A stretch of 64,000 bases of DNA from Tubulanus polymorphus. Lineage: Eukaryota > Animalia > Nemertea. The notes below the pieces were generated by a model that made no database searches, was not told the DNA's origin, and worked only from the letters and a program-made list of their open reading frames with translations. The number at the start of each line of letters is the position of its first letter. The first letter of the stretch is position 1. The position numbers and the translations under genes were made by a program. Shown one piece after another: positions 1 through 11,901 of this stretch. Location: positions 27,180,560 through 27,244,559 of the forward strand of contig NC_134027.1 of the NCBI RefSeq assembly GCF_964204645.1, in the 5' to 3' direction.

Positions 1-229
1 GAGTCCTGCTGGAAGCTGCTTACGGAGTCAGAGTGCTGGCGGGCGACACTGTGTGGTCTCGTCATGAGTTTAAACGAACAATGATCCACGAGGGTTATAG
101 TCTCTGTCGGGGAAACCAACATCCCAACGACTTACAAACTAATATATCATTTATATAAAATCTTTCTACTTATTATATAAAATCTTTCTACTGTCGTATA
201 ATTAATTATTCTGTGTTTATAATTTTTAG

Positions 230-1436
230 TACGTGTTGAAAAAAATTGATTTACAAAATGCGTCTAAAAGAGAACGAAAAGCAGCCGAACAGGAAGTGAA
301 ATTATTATCGCGTTTAAAACATCCGAATATCGTCGCTTATAAAGATTCGTTCGAATGCGACGACGGTTATTTATATATCGCTATGGGTTACTGCGAGGGC
401 GGAGATCTATATAACAGACTGAAAGAACAGAAAGGAGTTCCGTTAGAAGAGAGACAAGTTGTTGAATGGTTCGTTCAGATTGCTATGGCTTTACAAGTAA
501 GTGTCTCGCTGTTACAGGTGGCGCTGTTACAGGTGGATCTTGATAAATTGGTCTAAAATATTAGGAATGGCTGAAAGACGCGAGTTCCCTTTTAATGTCG
601 GTATACTGAAATCTGTAAAGGAGTAAATTTGAAATGACGCAATTTTCAAGAGGACCCCCAAACCCCCCTCCCCCCTTAGATCGACCAATGATGATTGCTT
701 TAATGATTGATCTAGTCATAATTTCGATTGATTTTTCCAGTACATGCACGAACGCAATATCTTACATCGAGATCTGAAAACACAAAATATATTCCTGACT
801 AAAAGTAAAATCATAAAAGTTGGAGATTTAGGGATAGCGAGGTTTGTACCGTATTAATCAAGTATTAATTGACTCTTCGTTCGATGATTAACGATGTTGA
901 TTGTTTTGAATTCAGGGTTTTGGAAGGAACTAATGACATGGCTACGACATTAATTGGAACTCCATATTACATGAGCCCGGAATTATTTTCGAATAAACCT
1001 TATAATCACAAGGTATATCAGTATTAGCCGATAAAATCCTAACTTCGCATTAAACTAGTTTGTAATTTCGTCCAATTTGGTTTCTATTTACAGTCGGATG
1101 TTTGGGCGCTTGGATGCTGCGTTTATGAAATGTCGACTTTAAAACATGCTTTCAACGCTAAAGATATGAATTCATTAGTTTACAAAATACTCAAGGGAAA
1201 AGTTAGTACTTCACGTCGCTCACTATTTCTATTTCTATTTGAACAGAATTCTTGATAACTGGTTGATGAATGTTTCAGATGCCGTCGATGCCGAAACAGT
1301 ACAGCCCCGAATTATTAGATCTCATTAAAGCGATGTTAAATCAACATCCCGAGAAAAGACCAAGCGTTAATCGAATTCTTCGAGATAATTATATCAAACG
1401 AAATATCGCGATATTCTTAGAAGGAACGAAAAGAAG
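230..1436 (+). CDS. NEK4: NEK4 kinase-domain exons (five exons)
   Basis: Exons 230-496, 741-841, 916-1012, 1094-1201 and 1279-1436 splice in frame and encode kinase subdomains II-XI. Confidence 0.95.
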
Positions 1437-4400
1437 GTACGATATTTATAATATACAATATTCATTTCATCGGATCAATATTCATCATCAAATGATAGGA
1501 ATACATGGAACATGACACAATTAGTAGATCGATGATGGTGGCCTAGACAAAGCCATAAAGGCTGTACAGTCACTAGGACGTTCAGGCCCCTTGAGAAAAA
1601 AGTTGATAAGTAGAAATCATAATAAGCTGCTAATAATGGTAAGGAATTATAAATAATTAAGTGGAAAAAAAAAAGAAATATCTGCTGATATTTGAATAAA
1701 TATTTTAGATACGAAATAAAGATTGATTGATGTTTTATTTTGCAGCAGAAGAAGCAGTTCATCGAGCAGCGTCGCGAGCAGTCGACCGAATTCATCGTCC
1801 GGCCGACTCAGTTCAGGTCGACCTCCGACTGTTGACCGGTCGTCTGGACGACCTACGAGCGAATCGCGGAATCAGGAAGTGTCTCGATCGGAATCAGCGA
1901 AATCGGTGAATCGTGACAGTAGTAGTAATAATAACAATGATAGTAAAAATGGAGTAAAAGCAGTAGTTGTAGATCCGCAGCAGCAGCAGGTGCGGGCGAT
2001 TATGACTCCGATTAAAGAAATGTCTGCTAAATCTGCAGCTGTTTCAAACGCCTCTAATGTTTCTAATGAAGCACCTAAACCACCACCTAGTCCTAAAGTT
2101 GAAACACCTCCCGCGAAGGTAAGCATCGTTAATCATTTATTCCTGTGCGTTATTTCATTTTTCTATGTCACTGTTCATAAAGTTTGTACGCTATTTAGCA
2201 CATTCACTGCCGCTATACGTGGTCCACTACAAATTCTTCATTCCTTAAACAAAAACTGCTTTTAAAGCTGCTTGAAACTCCTTTAATTTCAGCAAAATGT
2301 CAGAAACCTCTTCAATTTTGAAGATAAGCTATTTAGAAATGTTTGTAGTTGTACAGTAAACCTCATTCAGTTTAGTTGTGACCAGGATTTTTCTTCACCC
2401 AATTAGGCGTTTACCGTATTCTGCAATCATTGGCACATTATTGGTCAATTTTGAATAGCATTTGAGTATGTAATAGCTCTTTTGCCAATTAAGAGATAAC
2501 TCGTTGCCACTACTGGGAATAAATAGTGGCAATGAATGTTTTAAGCATTTTATAAGAAGCAAGTAAGAGCGTACATGTTTTATAAACCTTCCTCCCCTGA
2601 TTTTCTCTTTGTTTTCCACGTGTGTTCGATGTTGTGATTTCTAGGTTAGTCCGTCCCCTATTCCCGCCAAAGCCGAACCTCGACGTAGAAGAAGAATCAA
2701 AGAATCCGACAGCGAATCGGTCGCTACTTGTAGTTCAGAAGTAACGGAATCTGAGGAACCTTCATCGGCTCGTAGTTCAGCTTCTATATTTGATAATGTA
2801 TTTATTTCACTGGTTTTATTCATATTCACAGTATCATTCAAACGATTATTAGAAACAGAATTTATTAAGATGATTATTATAATTTCAGCCTAAACCGGTA
2901 TCTAAACCGCGTCCACTACCTCCACGGCCGTCCAGCGCCGGTAATTTAGGTCGAGATTCAGAGAAAACTCCCAGTGAAGGATCGACTAGTTCAGGGTCTG
3001 TAGCGAGTTCATGTTCTAAAGATGAAGTCAGTAAATCAATGGGAGATGTTCCAGAAACACCTAGAGTTAGTATCGCCTTATCAATTAACTCTTTAACTCA
3101 GATAGTTGTTACATGTTTGATGGGGGATTAATCCTAATCTTAACATTTGAATCCCAGTTATGCACCACACAATACTCCATCAGTGCAATTGTATATCGTC
3201 CACTCAACGCTGTACCTAGTGTTTGAATGTTGGGGGGGGGTAGAGAAACCTGTAAAAGGGCAGTTAACCTTAAGTCAAAATTCGATGAAACGATTCAGGC
3301 TCAATGAATTATTGATTATTTTTTAGAATCGACCGAATTCAGCGGCACGAGCTCGTAGACGTCAACGACTACAAACAGAAGGTGAAACTCCACGAACTCC
3401 ATCTGCTGTTTCAGGTTTGTCTCAAAATCAACATCGATAACTTTAAAATTCTCTTCATCGGAATCGGAACTTAATAATTTCAATAGGAAATGAATGAATG
3501 AGTTAAAATGTACAGTGTTTATATTGATATTGTTGTTCAGGACGATCAACAGATCGAAAGTCACCGGTAAAAGTGACTTTCGATGAACCGGATTCAAGGT
3601 TTTTGAACGCCGGTGTAAATCGGCGTTCTGTTTCAGCTGAGGTATAAATATCGTACTGTACGTACTGTACATACTGTACATACTGTATTTACTGTACATA
3701 GATCTATTGTTTATATCTACTGTGAAACTCGTGCTGAAGTCTTCATAGTTGTGATGTCATTGTTTTAATGCCTTATCCAAATAATGAATAACACTTAGTT
3801 AATTGAATTGGAAACACGAATAGAGATCAATTCAGCAACAGAGTTTCACGGTATATCTATATGTAGTTTATAGTCGCCCAGTTCTACCGCGGTAACTAGT
3901 TTAGGATTCACTTCAATTATTTCAATCACTGTGGAACTGGAATCTGTACTTTGCTTAGATTATTTGGGGCCATTCATAAAGTACTTTATCCATTTGTAAA
4001 GAAGAGTAGCAAATTATCGACGCTGTCTTACAATGGATCAGTGTTCTGTGTATGCTTTATTAAAGGAGGCTGCATTCAATGTTCAGTGTTTGATATCGTG
4101 GCGCCTGAAGTAGCAAGGCTTTCGATCCCCCAAAAAATAGAATAGAATGTAATCTTCTATTTTTTCTCATTAGCTCAATGTTTAATATTGATATCTTACG
4201 GTACTATGGTTTGGGCAGCAGATACTTTATAAGGGGATGGCTGATATTCAAAGGGGTGGATGTGAAAATGATGGGGGTGGACTCTGCCCTTCTGAAACCT
4301 GTTGTGGAGAACACTAATGGATGAATGTACTTTATGATTGACCCCTTTAATAACATCTTCAGCAGCAGTTATTTCTATCTATGTGTTTTGTAGTGTTGCA

Positions 4401-7029
4401 TGTCAGTAGTTTTAAGTATTTATTTTCTCTCACTGAATATTACATGTTTAGGAGGTGAATGTAAAGAGCTCATTGTTAATAAACCGCGTGAGGTTGAAAA
4501 AAATGTAGTTACAAAATCTGAACCAGTAAAAATGAGACAGAAGGTAAATGAATGAAGCTCTTTTCACGTGAAACATGGCTGTGATATTTTCAATAACTTT
4601 TAATAGTTTTTTATGTAGTTAAACTTGAATGTAATTCGCACGCTTTATTTTACTTGTATTTGTAGGATAGAAACTTAATCGTGTTCTGATTTGCACATCT
4701 ATCATCTCTAATTGTTTTTCATGAATCTAAACTAAGATTTTGGAGTAAATTATTAGAATTTTCAAGATATATGAAAGTTATTTAAAGATTCCTATTTACT
4801 TCAATATTTCAACAAAATTAATATATATTGTTCAATGACCAACATAGTTATGTGAAGTCTACATCATTTAATGACTACCATATCTAAAATTATGTGAAGT
4901 CTACATTATCTTATATCATAGATTTTAATATTTTCTCTTGAATTTATTATGAATTAATTTTTTTCTATGTGAATTTGTAGAGAAATCAGAGACATTCACC
5001 TATTAAACATCGACAGCCATCTATACCGAGCTGTAGCAGCAGTAGTACTGAATCTGAGTCTGAAAACACTGACAAACAACAACCTGTCAATAAGTAAGTG
5101 ATTATTGATTTTCTGCTGCTCTCAGATTTTGTTGTTTCATTAATGTATCTAGAAGATTTCAGGACACATCTAAAATCCCTCCTATTCAGACACTCTGTTT
5201 GCTAGAGGAAGCACATTTGAACTATTGTTAAAATGGATATCTGTGCTAGCTAGATAACATTCATCAGTGGCTGATCCATGAGTAGGTTAGGGAGTTCAAA
5301 CCCACCCCTTTTTCGGCCGTGTGCCCTGCCAAAAATTGCTGATGGAAAAAGAACAAGTTTCATTGAGACTTTGACTGAAAATGTCGTCAGATTGCGTAAA
5401 TGCATGCATGCTACATATTCACGTGGGACTGTTGCCCTTTTCATTCCGTTTTAAACTTCTGAGATTCGCCTTCACATTTACTCATTATTGTTGTGTTTCT
5501 TGTTTCTGTTTCCTCATTTTCACTTCTACTATTTGCACGCGTTTTCAGAAATAATAATAAAGTTTGTAATGATCCACAAAAACCTGATCAGCACCAACAC
5601 CACCATAGGTACTGTCTGTGTTTAATCATCTCTCGTCCTTTCGTTTTTTCTTTAACAGTTTTTGTGTTCGATGCTAAATCCTCAAACGATGATTTTATTC
5701 AATTGTAGGAAAGACAAAGAGATGAATAATTTTATAACGTTATTAGACACGACATTACGATTGAATCGAGCTGAAGATAAATCAGACGACGATTCCGACG
5801 ACGTAGTTATTCCGGCGAGCGCTCGGAAATCTATCGAATCGCGCAGAAATTCTGTTCCAGTAAATAGTGCGGCAGCTGGTGCTATGGGTAAGCCGTCATT
5901 TTGTTACAAATACTAGTTTGTTACTGGTTGGTTGGTCTGTTTTCCATGAGGCTGATTACCTCTGATTATCACATGCCCAAACTTTTCTTGCCACAGAGCT
6001 GATTGCCTCATCGCATGTTATCTTATTACGGCTACCCATTTTTATTCTGACTGCACAACTTGTCTCTGATTTTGCCATGGAGCTGATTATCCCGCGCCCC
6101 AAATTCCTGCTTGCCACAGAGCTGATTGTCTCATCACATGTTATCTCATTACGGCAACCGATTGTCACTCCGACTGCACCGGAATTCCCTTTCTGCCTCG
6201 AAGAAATCTAATTGCTCTCGCGAGATCCGAGACCAGCATGCAGTCTACTGTTCATGTATTTATCATGTAGTTATTGATATTTCAGGAGTTACTATGGGTG
6301 CAACAGGTAGATTAATGGAACGAATAGGTGTCCTTAGAAAGTAAGTAAACAGTTTGAAGGGATTTCGGGAGGTTGAATCATCGATTCCGATACTCAATGA
6401 ATTGTATATTGTTTATAGAGATTGTATAAGAGGTCTCGGTGTTGAGAGACTAAAAAGAGCGTACGATATACTGGATAATATTGACGGGGATGAACTGGAG
6501 GTAAATAGAAATAACTAATAAGATAAAAACCCATTATCTACAGATTAAAAGAATTTAAAAACAATCTAAAATATATATGAGACACGACGTTTCCATCTCA
6601 CCCTAGAGATCATCGTCAGGTGTGACGATGATCTCTAGGGTGATGATGATGATCACACCTGACGATGATCTCTAGGATTAGATCGAAACGTCGTGTCTTA
6701 TATATATATTTTAGATTTAATAAATAAATTCTTGGTTTTTAAATTCTTTTAATCTGTAGATAATGGGTTTTTATCTTATTATCCGTTCACCACGTTTGAG
6801 TGTGGTTATCGTTCTAGAAATAACTAATTATCTATTTTATCATTTCTATGACTTTCGACACTGACTTCGTTCAAAGATTCATACGTTCATTTTCAGTAAT
6901 CTGTTTTTTCGATTATTGTATTTCCAGCCCCATTTGTTGGCACTTCTTGGACAGGAATATTTTGATGAATACGCAGGGAAGATCTGGCAGTTGAAATTCT
7001 GCGAAGAAGCAGCTTTTGGCAGAAAATGA
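230..7029 (+). CDS. NEK4: Serine/threonine kinase NEK4-like (NIMA-related), multi-exon, 5'-partial (first coding exon lies upstream of the window)
   Basis: Exons with phase-consistent GT-AG junctions: 230-496, 741-841, 916-1012, 1094-1201, 1279-1436, 1746-2118, 2645-2797, 2889-3065, 3327-3414, 3541-3641 and/or 4452-4542, 4981-5093, 5549-5608, 5709-5887, 6286-6340, 6419-6500, 6928-7029 (TGA). The kinase domain reads YVLKK...HPNIV...GGDLY...[11 protein letters not shown]|[19 protein letters not shown]...KVGDLGIAR|VLEG...[22 protein letters not shown]|[13 protein letters not shown], with DLG in place of DFG as in human NEK4. The C-terminus [14 protein letters not shown]...[13 protein letters not shown] resembles the NEK4 tail as I recall it. 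Confidence 0.93.
6286..7029 (+). CDS. NEK4: NEK4 conserved C-terminal exons
   Basis: Exons 6286-6340, 6419-6500 and 6928-7029 give ...[72 protein letters not shown]. Confidence 0.85.
6582..6623 (-). ncRNA. Minimal type I hammerhead ribozyme motif (inverted copy)
   Basis: Reverse complement reads ACAC-CUGACGA-U-GAUCUC(uagggu)GAGAUG-GAAAC-GUC-GUGU, with a G.G mismatch at the base of stem II. Confidence 0.65.
6655..6696 (+). ncRNA. Minimal type I hammerhead ribozyme motif
   Basis: ACAC-CUGACGA-U-GAUCU(cuaggauu)AGAUC-GAAAC-GUC-GUGU: stem I ACAC/GUGU, intact core, 5-bp stem II, palindromic ACGU in place of stem III, GUC cleavage triplet. Confidence 0.75.
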
Positions 7030-7081
7030 AAAACGATGTTTTAGAACCTGTAAAAACGAACGTATCTGATATTTTAGGTTA

Positions 7082-7260
7082 TAGTAGACTGTGTCAGCCT
7101 CAGAGTTGATTGCCTCGGGTTATCATGTGCCCCATCAGACAATATTATTACGAATTCATTCTTCAAATTCACTTGATAAAGGAATGCTCCGGAATTCGTG
7201 GACCTCAGATTGAGAATTTATCAGTCCTGTGAGATTTGAGGCAAGCGCAGCAGTCTACTG
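7082..7260. mobile_element. Tc1/mariner-type MITE in the NEK4 3' UTR
   Basis: TA|TAGTAGACTG...CAGTCTACTG|TA terminal inverted repeat with TA flanks. The same right end recurs at ~6220-6250. Confidence 0.55.
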
Positions 7261-7942
7261 TATGATAAAACTTGTACTTAAACTAGCAACATTCATTCAT
7301 TCATTCATGAGATAGTTCCAGCATCTGATTTCTTCATTCAATGAGTTTACGGTGTTGGTTGAATCGAAGGTCGAGATGTTGAATATTTTGTAAATTATGT
7401 AAATTGTAAATACCATTATAATATAGTCTGTTGTAGAATAAGTGTATTTAGTGTGCTATTTCCATATAGAAATTTAGTCAATGTTGTTTATATAAGAAAT
7501 ATTTATTATTTATTCAAAAATCTAATGACTATTTATGATATATAAGTATATACATTGATGATAGGATCCATCCATTCTACTGAGAATCCATGTTTCACGC
7601 TGATTTATTTAATATTCACCCTATAGCACAGTAAAGGTACTGATTATTTCTGTAATGTTTATTTTATCACCGTCCAAATAATTCACATTCCATCCACAAA
7701 TTAGTGAAGCACAGATTCTATAAATCATTCCCTTATCTAATAGCAGTATTAACTGTTTAAATGAAATGTAGTTTCTATGAGCTACAGAACTGTAGAAAAA
7801 AATATACATCGTTTTTACAAACATTTTCTCAAGAATTTTTACTCATTTTGTTATGAATATTTGTGAAGTATTGTTTTTGTCTTGTTTTTTTGCTGGCAGC
7901 AGAAAACATTTATTGTTCTAATTGTAGAGATATGTCAATAAT

Positions 7943-7948
7943 AATAAA
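7943..7948 (+). terminator. Candidate NEK4 polyadenylation signal
   Basis: AATAAA ~0.9 kb after the stop codon, followed by a GT/T-rich tract at ~7978-7995. Confidence 0.45.
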
Positions 7949-10164
7949 ATCGTTGACTCATTATGTGTAGATCAATGCGTTGTTTTAGTTTTAAATGTTG
8001 ACCAAGGTTCAGTTTCGGCACCAACAACTTATACTTAAAGCAGTTAAGTTTGAATTTGTTTTCCACATTGAAAAAATGAAGTAGCCAAATTACCGATTAG
8101 AACGAAAATTAGAGTTAAACTTTTTTGAGTGAAACCGGACCTGGTTGGTGATAGGAGGAATAGTTCTACCGTGTGACACGGAGAAACAATTTTCCGTAAT
8201 TCAGTAATCTTGAAGATGACTTAAGGATATAAAGCCGAAGACGTTGTAATATAATGGACTTCAAGCTCAAGGGAATCCTATTTCTTTTGCATTGTGAGAT
8301 TTTATAGAAATTTCGCTTCCCTGACATTGTCGTCTGCAGCTAGAGCCGAGTCTGTTAGATGATAACGACTGTAGTACAATCACTGACCCTAAAACGCAGG
8401 CTGCTGCAGTCGCAGGGACTCGTCACGATTGATAATATATGGGACCAATGATCGAGATACCAGTATCCCTACAACTACATAATAATTTGTTCATATACAT
8501 GGATTGGGGGCTGGTCGTTGATACTGGTTTTATCTGTTCACTATTAATTGTGACTGTGGATGCTGTTGTGGTTATGAACACGTTGGAATTATCTCAAGAG
8601 AAATCTTTCTCTGTTACTGGGGTGTGTAGTTAGTTACCTAATCGTTGGTGGTAAGCTTTTTATAATCGGATGGGCTTATACCAACCGATGTGGTTTGTGA
8701 AAATATCCGATCGTGAAACTAAACCACGGACAGGACTATGGGGTGTGTATTTGCGTGGTCCAATACGTAGGCATCCTTCGGGTAGGGGTAGAAATTGGCC
8801 AGTTCACTGGAGAGAATGTATTGAAGGTCTTGCGTACGTCCTTCATAGCTCAATCTTTAGAATTCTTTAATCTTGAGAAGTAATAGAGAAATCTTTCTCT
8901 ATTACTGGGGGTGTAGTTGTGTGGTCCAATACGTAGGCATCCTTGGGGTAGGGGTAGAAATTGGCCACTTAACCGGAACATCTAAGGTGCAGAATGTATT
9001 GAAGGTCTTGCGTACGTCCTTCATTGTGTGACCAATGTACCAATGTACCACCACCCTGGACGTGTCTGAACTGCGGGTACTGTGTGTCATCATTTGCTGT
9101 GTTTTCGATCATTTCTCTTGACTAGATAATTGATATAAGAGATTTAACTAATTACCATATCATTAACTGTACGTAGAATAAGATATTCGACTGGTTCAAG
9201 CAAACACACGTCTTATATTGACTATAATTGATGGAATGAAACAGAGCGGAAACTGGGGGGAAATAGCGACGACCGGTCACCTCAAAACTAAGTCTAAACA
9301 GCCGTAAAATTCCCAATTGAAACGGCCTGGGAAACTGGCGGTAATACCAGTCTCAACGGATTACCGATATTCAAATCCGTCTGAAAACTCGCGAGAAAGT
9401 GTGCCTCTGAAATTTTAATTTATTCAGATACACAATCGAGCAGTCGTCTGTCCTGTCGCACGACGCGACGGATTTGCACAAAATTATACAAATTATATAC
9501 TTTTTAGTCGCCCGGCACGAGTCTTCCCAGTAACTGGTATATCTGGTATATTGTTGAGGTCGTGTTCTTCTGATTGAGTTTATAATGAATTCTTGTCTTC
9601 ATAGTCAATTATTAACTGCTGAATTAAACTGGTTTAATCTGTACACATATCGGGAATAAAGTTCGAACTCCGAATCAACTGTTAAACGGTAATTGTTATT
9701 TGGCACTTGAATATCTTCGATAATCAGCTTTAATTCCAAAATAATACCAAAAGGCATTTTTTGCGAAAATAGAACCACCGACAGAATCAAAATAGAATTA
9801 GACATTCAGGTGTCATAGAAAAACCTATAAGTCAACCCTAAGCATCGATGGCCCATAGTTAAACCCTAAACCTAGACTCGAACCCAGGACATCAACATTC
9901 ACAGCCTGCGTGTTGTAACCAGTGCTGTGTAATATTAACTCGGGTATGCATCGATATAGATGAACTTCAAATAAAATCAGGATTTGAAATGATGTGTGTG
10001 AAACTGATTATTTTTTTGTCCTTTGCTTGGAAAAATTATCACATTTTTGGAGCAATAAATTTAAATCTGAATCTGCTAAATATTGCACCACTGTACTGTA
10101 ATGGTTGACGAGGTTTGGAGGTTTCAAGTGTTGTATGAGACCAGTGATGACCAGTGATGACCAG

Positions 10165-11308
10165 TCAGAGGAGAGACCTCTCTGAAAGTAACAGTTTAAC
10201 ACGAGGCTTACTATAAACAGAAATAACCAAACAATCGTTCGTCACAAAACTGAATCTTTGATGGAATGAATTGTTTATTATGTATAAATTTACGAGGATT
10301 TAAAATTGTACAAATTTTTGAGCAATGCGCGCATGAAATATTCGAACTTGTCTTAGACTTTGTCAACACTTGAAGATAGCTGAAACGATAGAAACAATTG
10401 ATTACAATAAACAACAGTAGGAATTCTAGATTCAAGCATCAAGTTCTAAATGCAATACAATATGTATATATCTTTAAATTAAGTCGAGTGAAATTAATGA
10501 TTTCTTTCCTTTGGAATCATATTAGACCAATCGAATCAGCGGTAAAATATTTACAGTCCTCTTTACGAGAAGATTCGTAGAGAAGCCGTGTTCATCTGAG
10601 TTGCTGATAAAATTGCTATGCACTTGTAGATAGATTTTAGTAGTTGCATATATTTCGTAATAGAATGTTTCAACGAATATTCGCAGTGTTGATTTTGTCA
10701 CGTCTCTGTCTGGGTGGTGGTTGGTTCGAGGAGGACGAGGTGAAAGGATGATGTTATCAGGATGTTGCAGACACGATACGCATCACTGAATGTGATACAA
10801 TATTGTTGGATGCTGCGCTGCTGCTGATAACAAACAGGTTTTATCTCATCTCAAATTTTTACTACGTGAGATTATATCAATTCTATATCGATATCGTATC
10901 ATGAATTCTGTATCGATATGATTGAATCCAAGACGCATAGAACAATAAATTATAAAATTCCCAATTTGAGAATAAACGGAGTCCGAACATTTTTCCTGAG
11001 CTAACATTTATTCGACGTTTTGACTTTTATCCGAATATTCATCTTCAGGAAAACATTTACCATAGTCGAATGAATTATCAGCTCAAGGAAAATTAGTGCG
11101 CGATTCTGTATTATCTTTACGACAGAGTTTCATCAATGGTTTGATAGAACAATAGATATCATTAGATTTTACATTAAAAGAAGTATTTTGAATGCGATCT
11201 AAAATATGACGACCAGGTTTGAAACAAATATTCGTATTCGATTCAGTATAAAATCTGAATTTATTGAAGATATACGAAGATAACATGCTGATAATCAGTT
11301 TTAATCAT
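10165..11308 (-). pseudogene. Candidate four-exon orphan gene remnant (unknown product)
   Basis: Putative exons 11308-11061, 10823-10555, 10379-10294 and 10210-10165, separated by three GTAAAT...YAG introns of 237, 175 and 83 nt. The model needs three frameshifts and contains one in-frame TAA. Confidence 0.35.
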
Positions 11309-11594
11309 CGCCCTTGTTACCGATTCATAAGTTCAGTGGATTATATGAATAAAGACGATTGTTTTGATTCAGTGATTCAGTATTTTTTGTTTATTTATTA
11401 TGAGTCACTGGAGACCAACGTCTTGAGATATTATCAGTTTCGTTACTAAGAAACAACCGCATAAATTATGTGAGTCATGAAAGCTATTTGACACGCCTCC
11501 TACGCGTATATCGATATATCTATGAATGAATATGTTTATTTGTTTACTGTTTACAAAATATAAAATTACGCAATAATAACGAAAACATTATTTT

Positions 11595-11690
11595 AAATCT
11601 GAAAATGTTTCCTTGAGCTAGCGTAGTTTATTCAACGTTTCGACTATATTCTAATAGTTATCTTCAGGAATACTGAGTTTTTATCAATGG
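11595..11690 (-). mobile_element. PLE-like repeat family 2 copy with hammerhead core (CTGAAGA type)
   Basis: Reverse complement GTATTC-CTGAAGA-T-AACTA...TAGTC-GAAAC-GTT-GAATA followed by AGCTCAAGGAAACATTT. Related copies at ~8207-8280, 10978-11056, 12700-12810, 16125-16190, 17563-17626, 33760-33900, 52938-53020 and 59000-59045. Confidence 0.7.
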
Positions 11691-11868
11691 TTATATATTC
11701 TTAATGTATTTCTGCTAATGTTGATATTGAGGGAAATTAAAAATGACACCTGTCTATAGTTTTAGCTCTTTGTTGAATAAATCGCTCTGGATCCAGTTCC
11801 AAATATCATGGTTGAGTTTGAGTTAAAATTACTTTATTTCCTATATGTTGCATTACCTAGTCGCATTG

Positions 11869-11901
11869 CACCTGATGATGGCTGTTAGCCGAAACATTGT
11901 G
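11869..11901 (+). ncRNA. Degenerate minimal hammerhead motif (CTGATGA type)
   Basis: CAC-CUGAUGA-U-GGCU(guu)AGCC-GAAAC-AUU-GUG. GAAACATT is consistent with CpG decay of GAAACGTT. Confidence 0.55.

Larger units (their letters stand above)
6520..6814. mobile_element. Penelope-like (PLE) fold-back fragment carrying two inverted minimal hammerhead motifs
   Basis: Inverted arms at ~6517-6592 and ~6685-6780. Perfect 14-bp direct repeat TAGAAATAACTAAT at 6506-6519 and 6815-6828. CTGACGA...GAAACGTC cores on both strands. Confidence 0.8.

Noticed and set aside
62-86. ATGA...AAA...TGA SECIS-like pattern
   Set aside because: Spacing too short, intronic location, and no in-frame UGA gene.
1872-3699. 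Minus-strand ORFs overlapping NEK4 exons (1872-2126, 2641-2841, 3316-3699)
   Set aside because: Antisense shadows of coding exons with no independent support.
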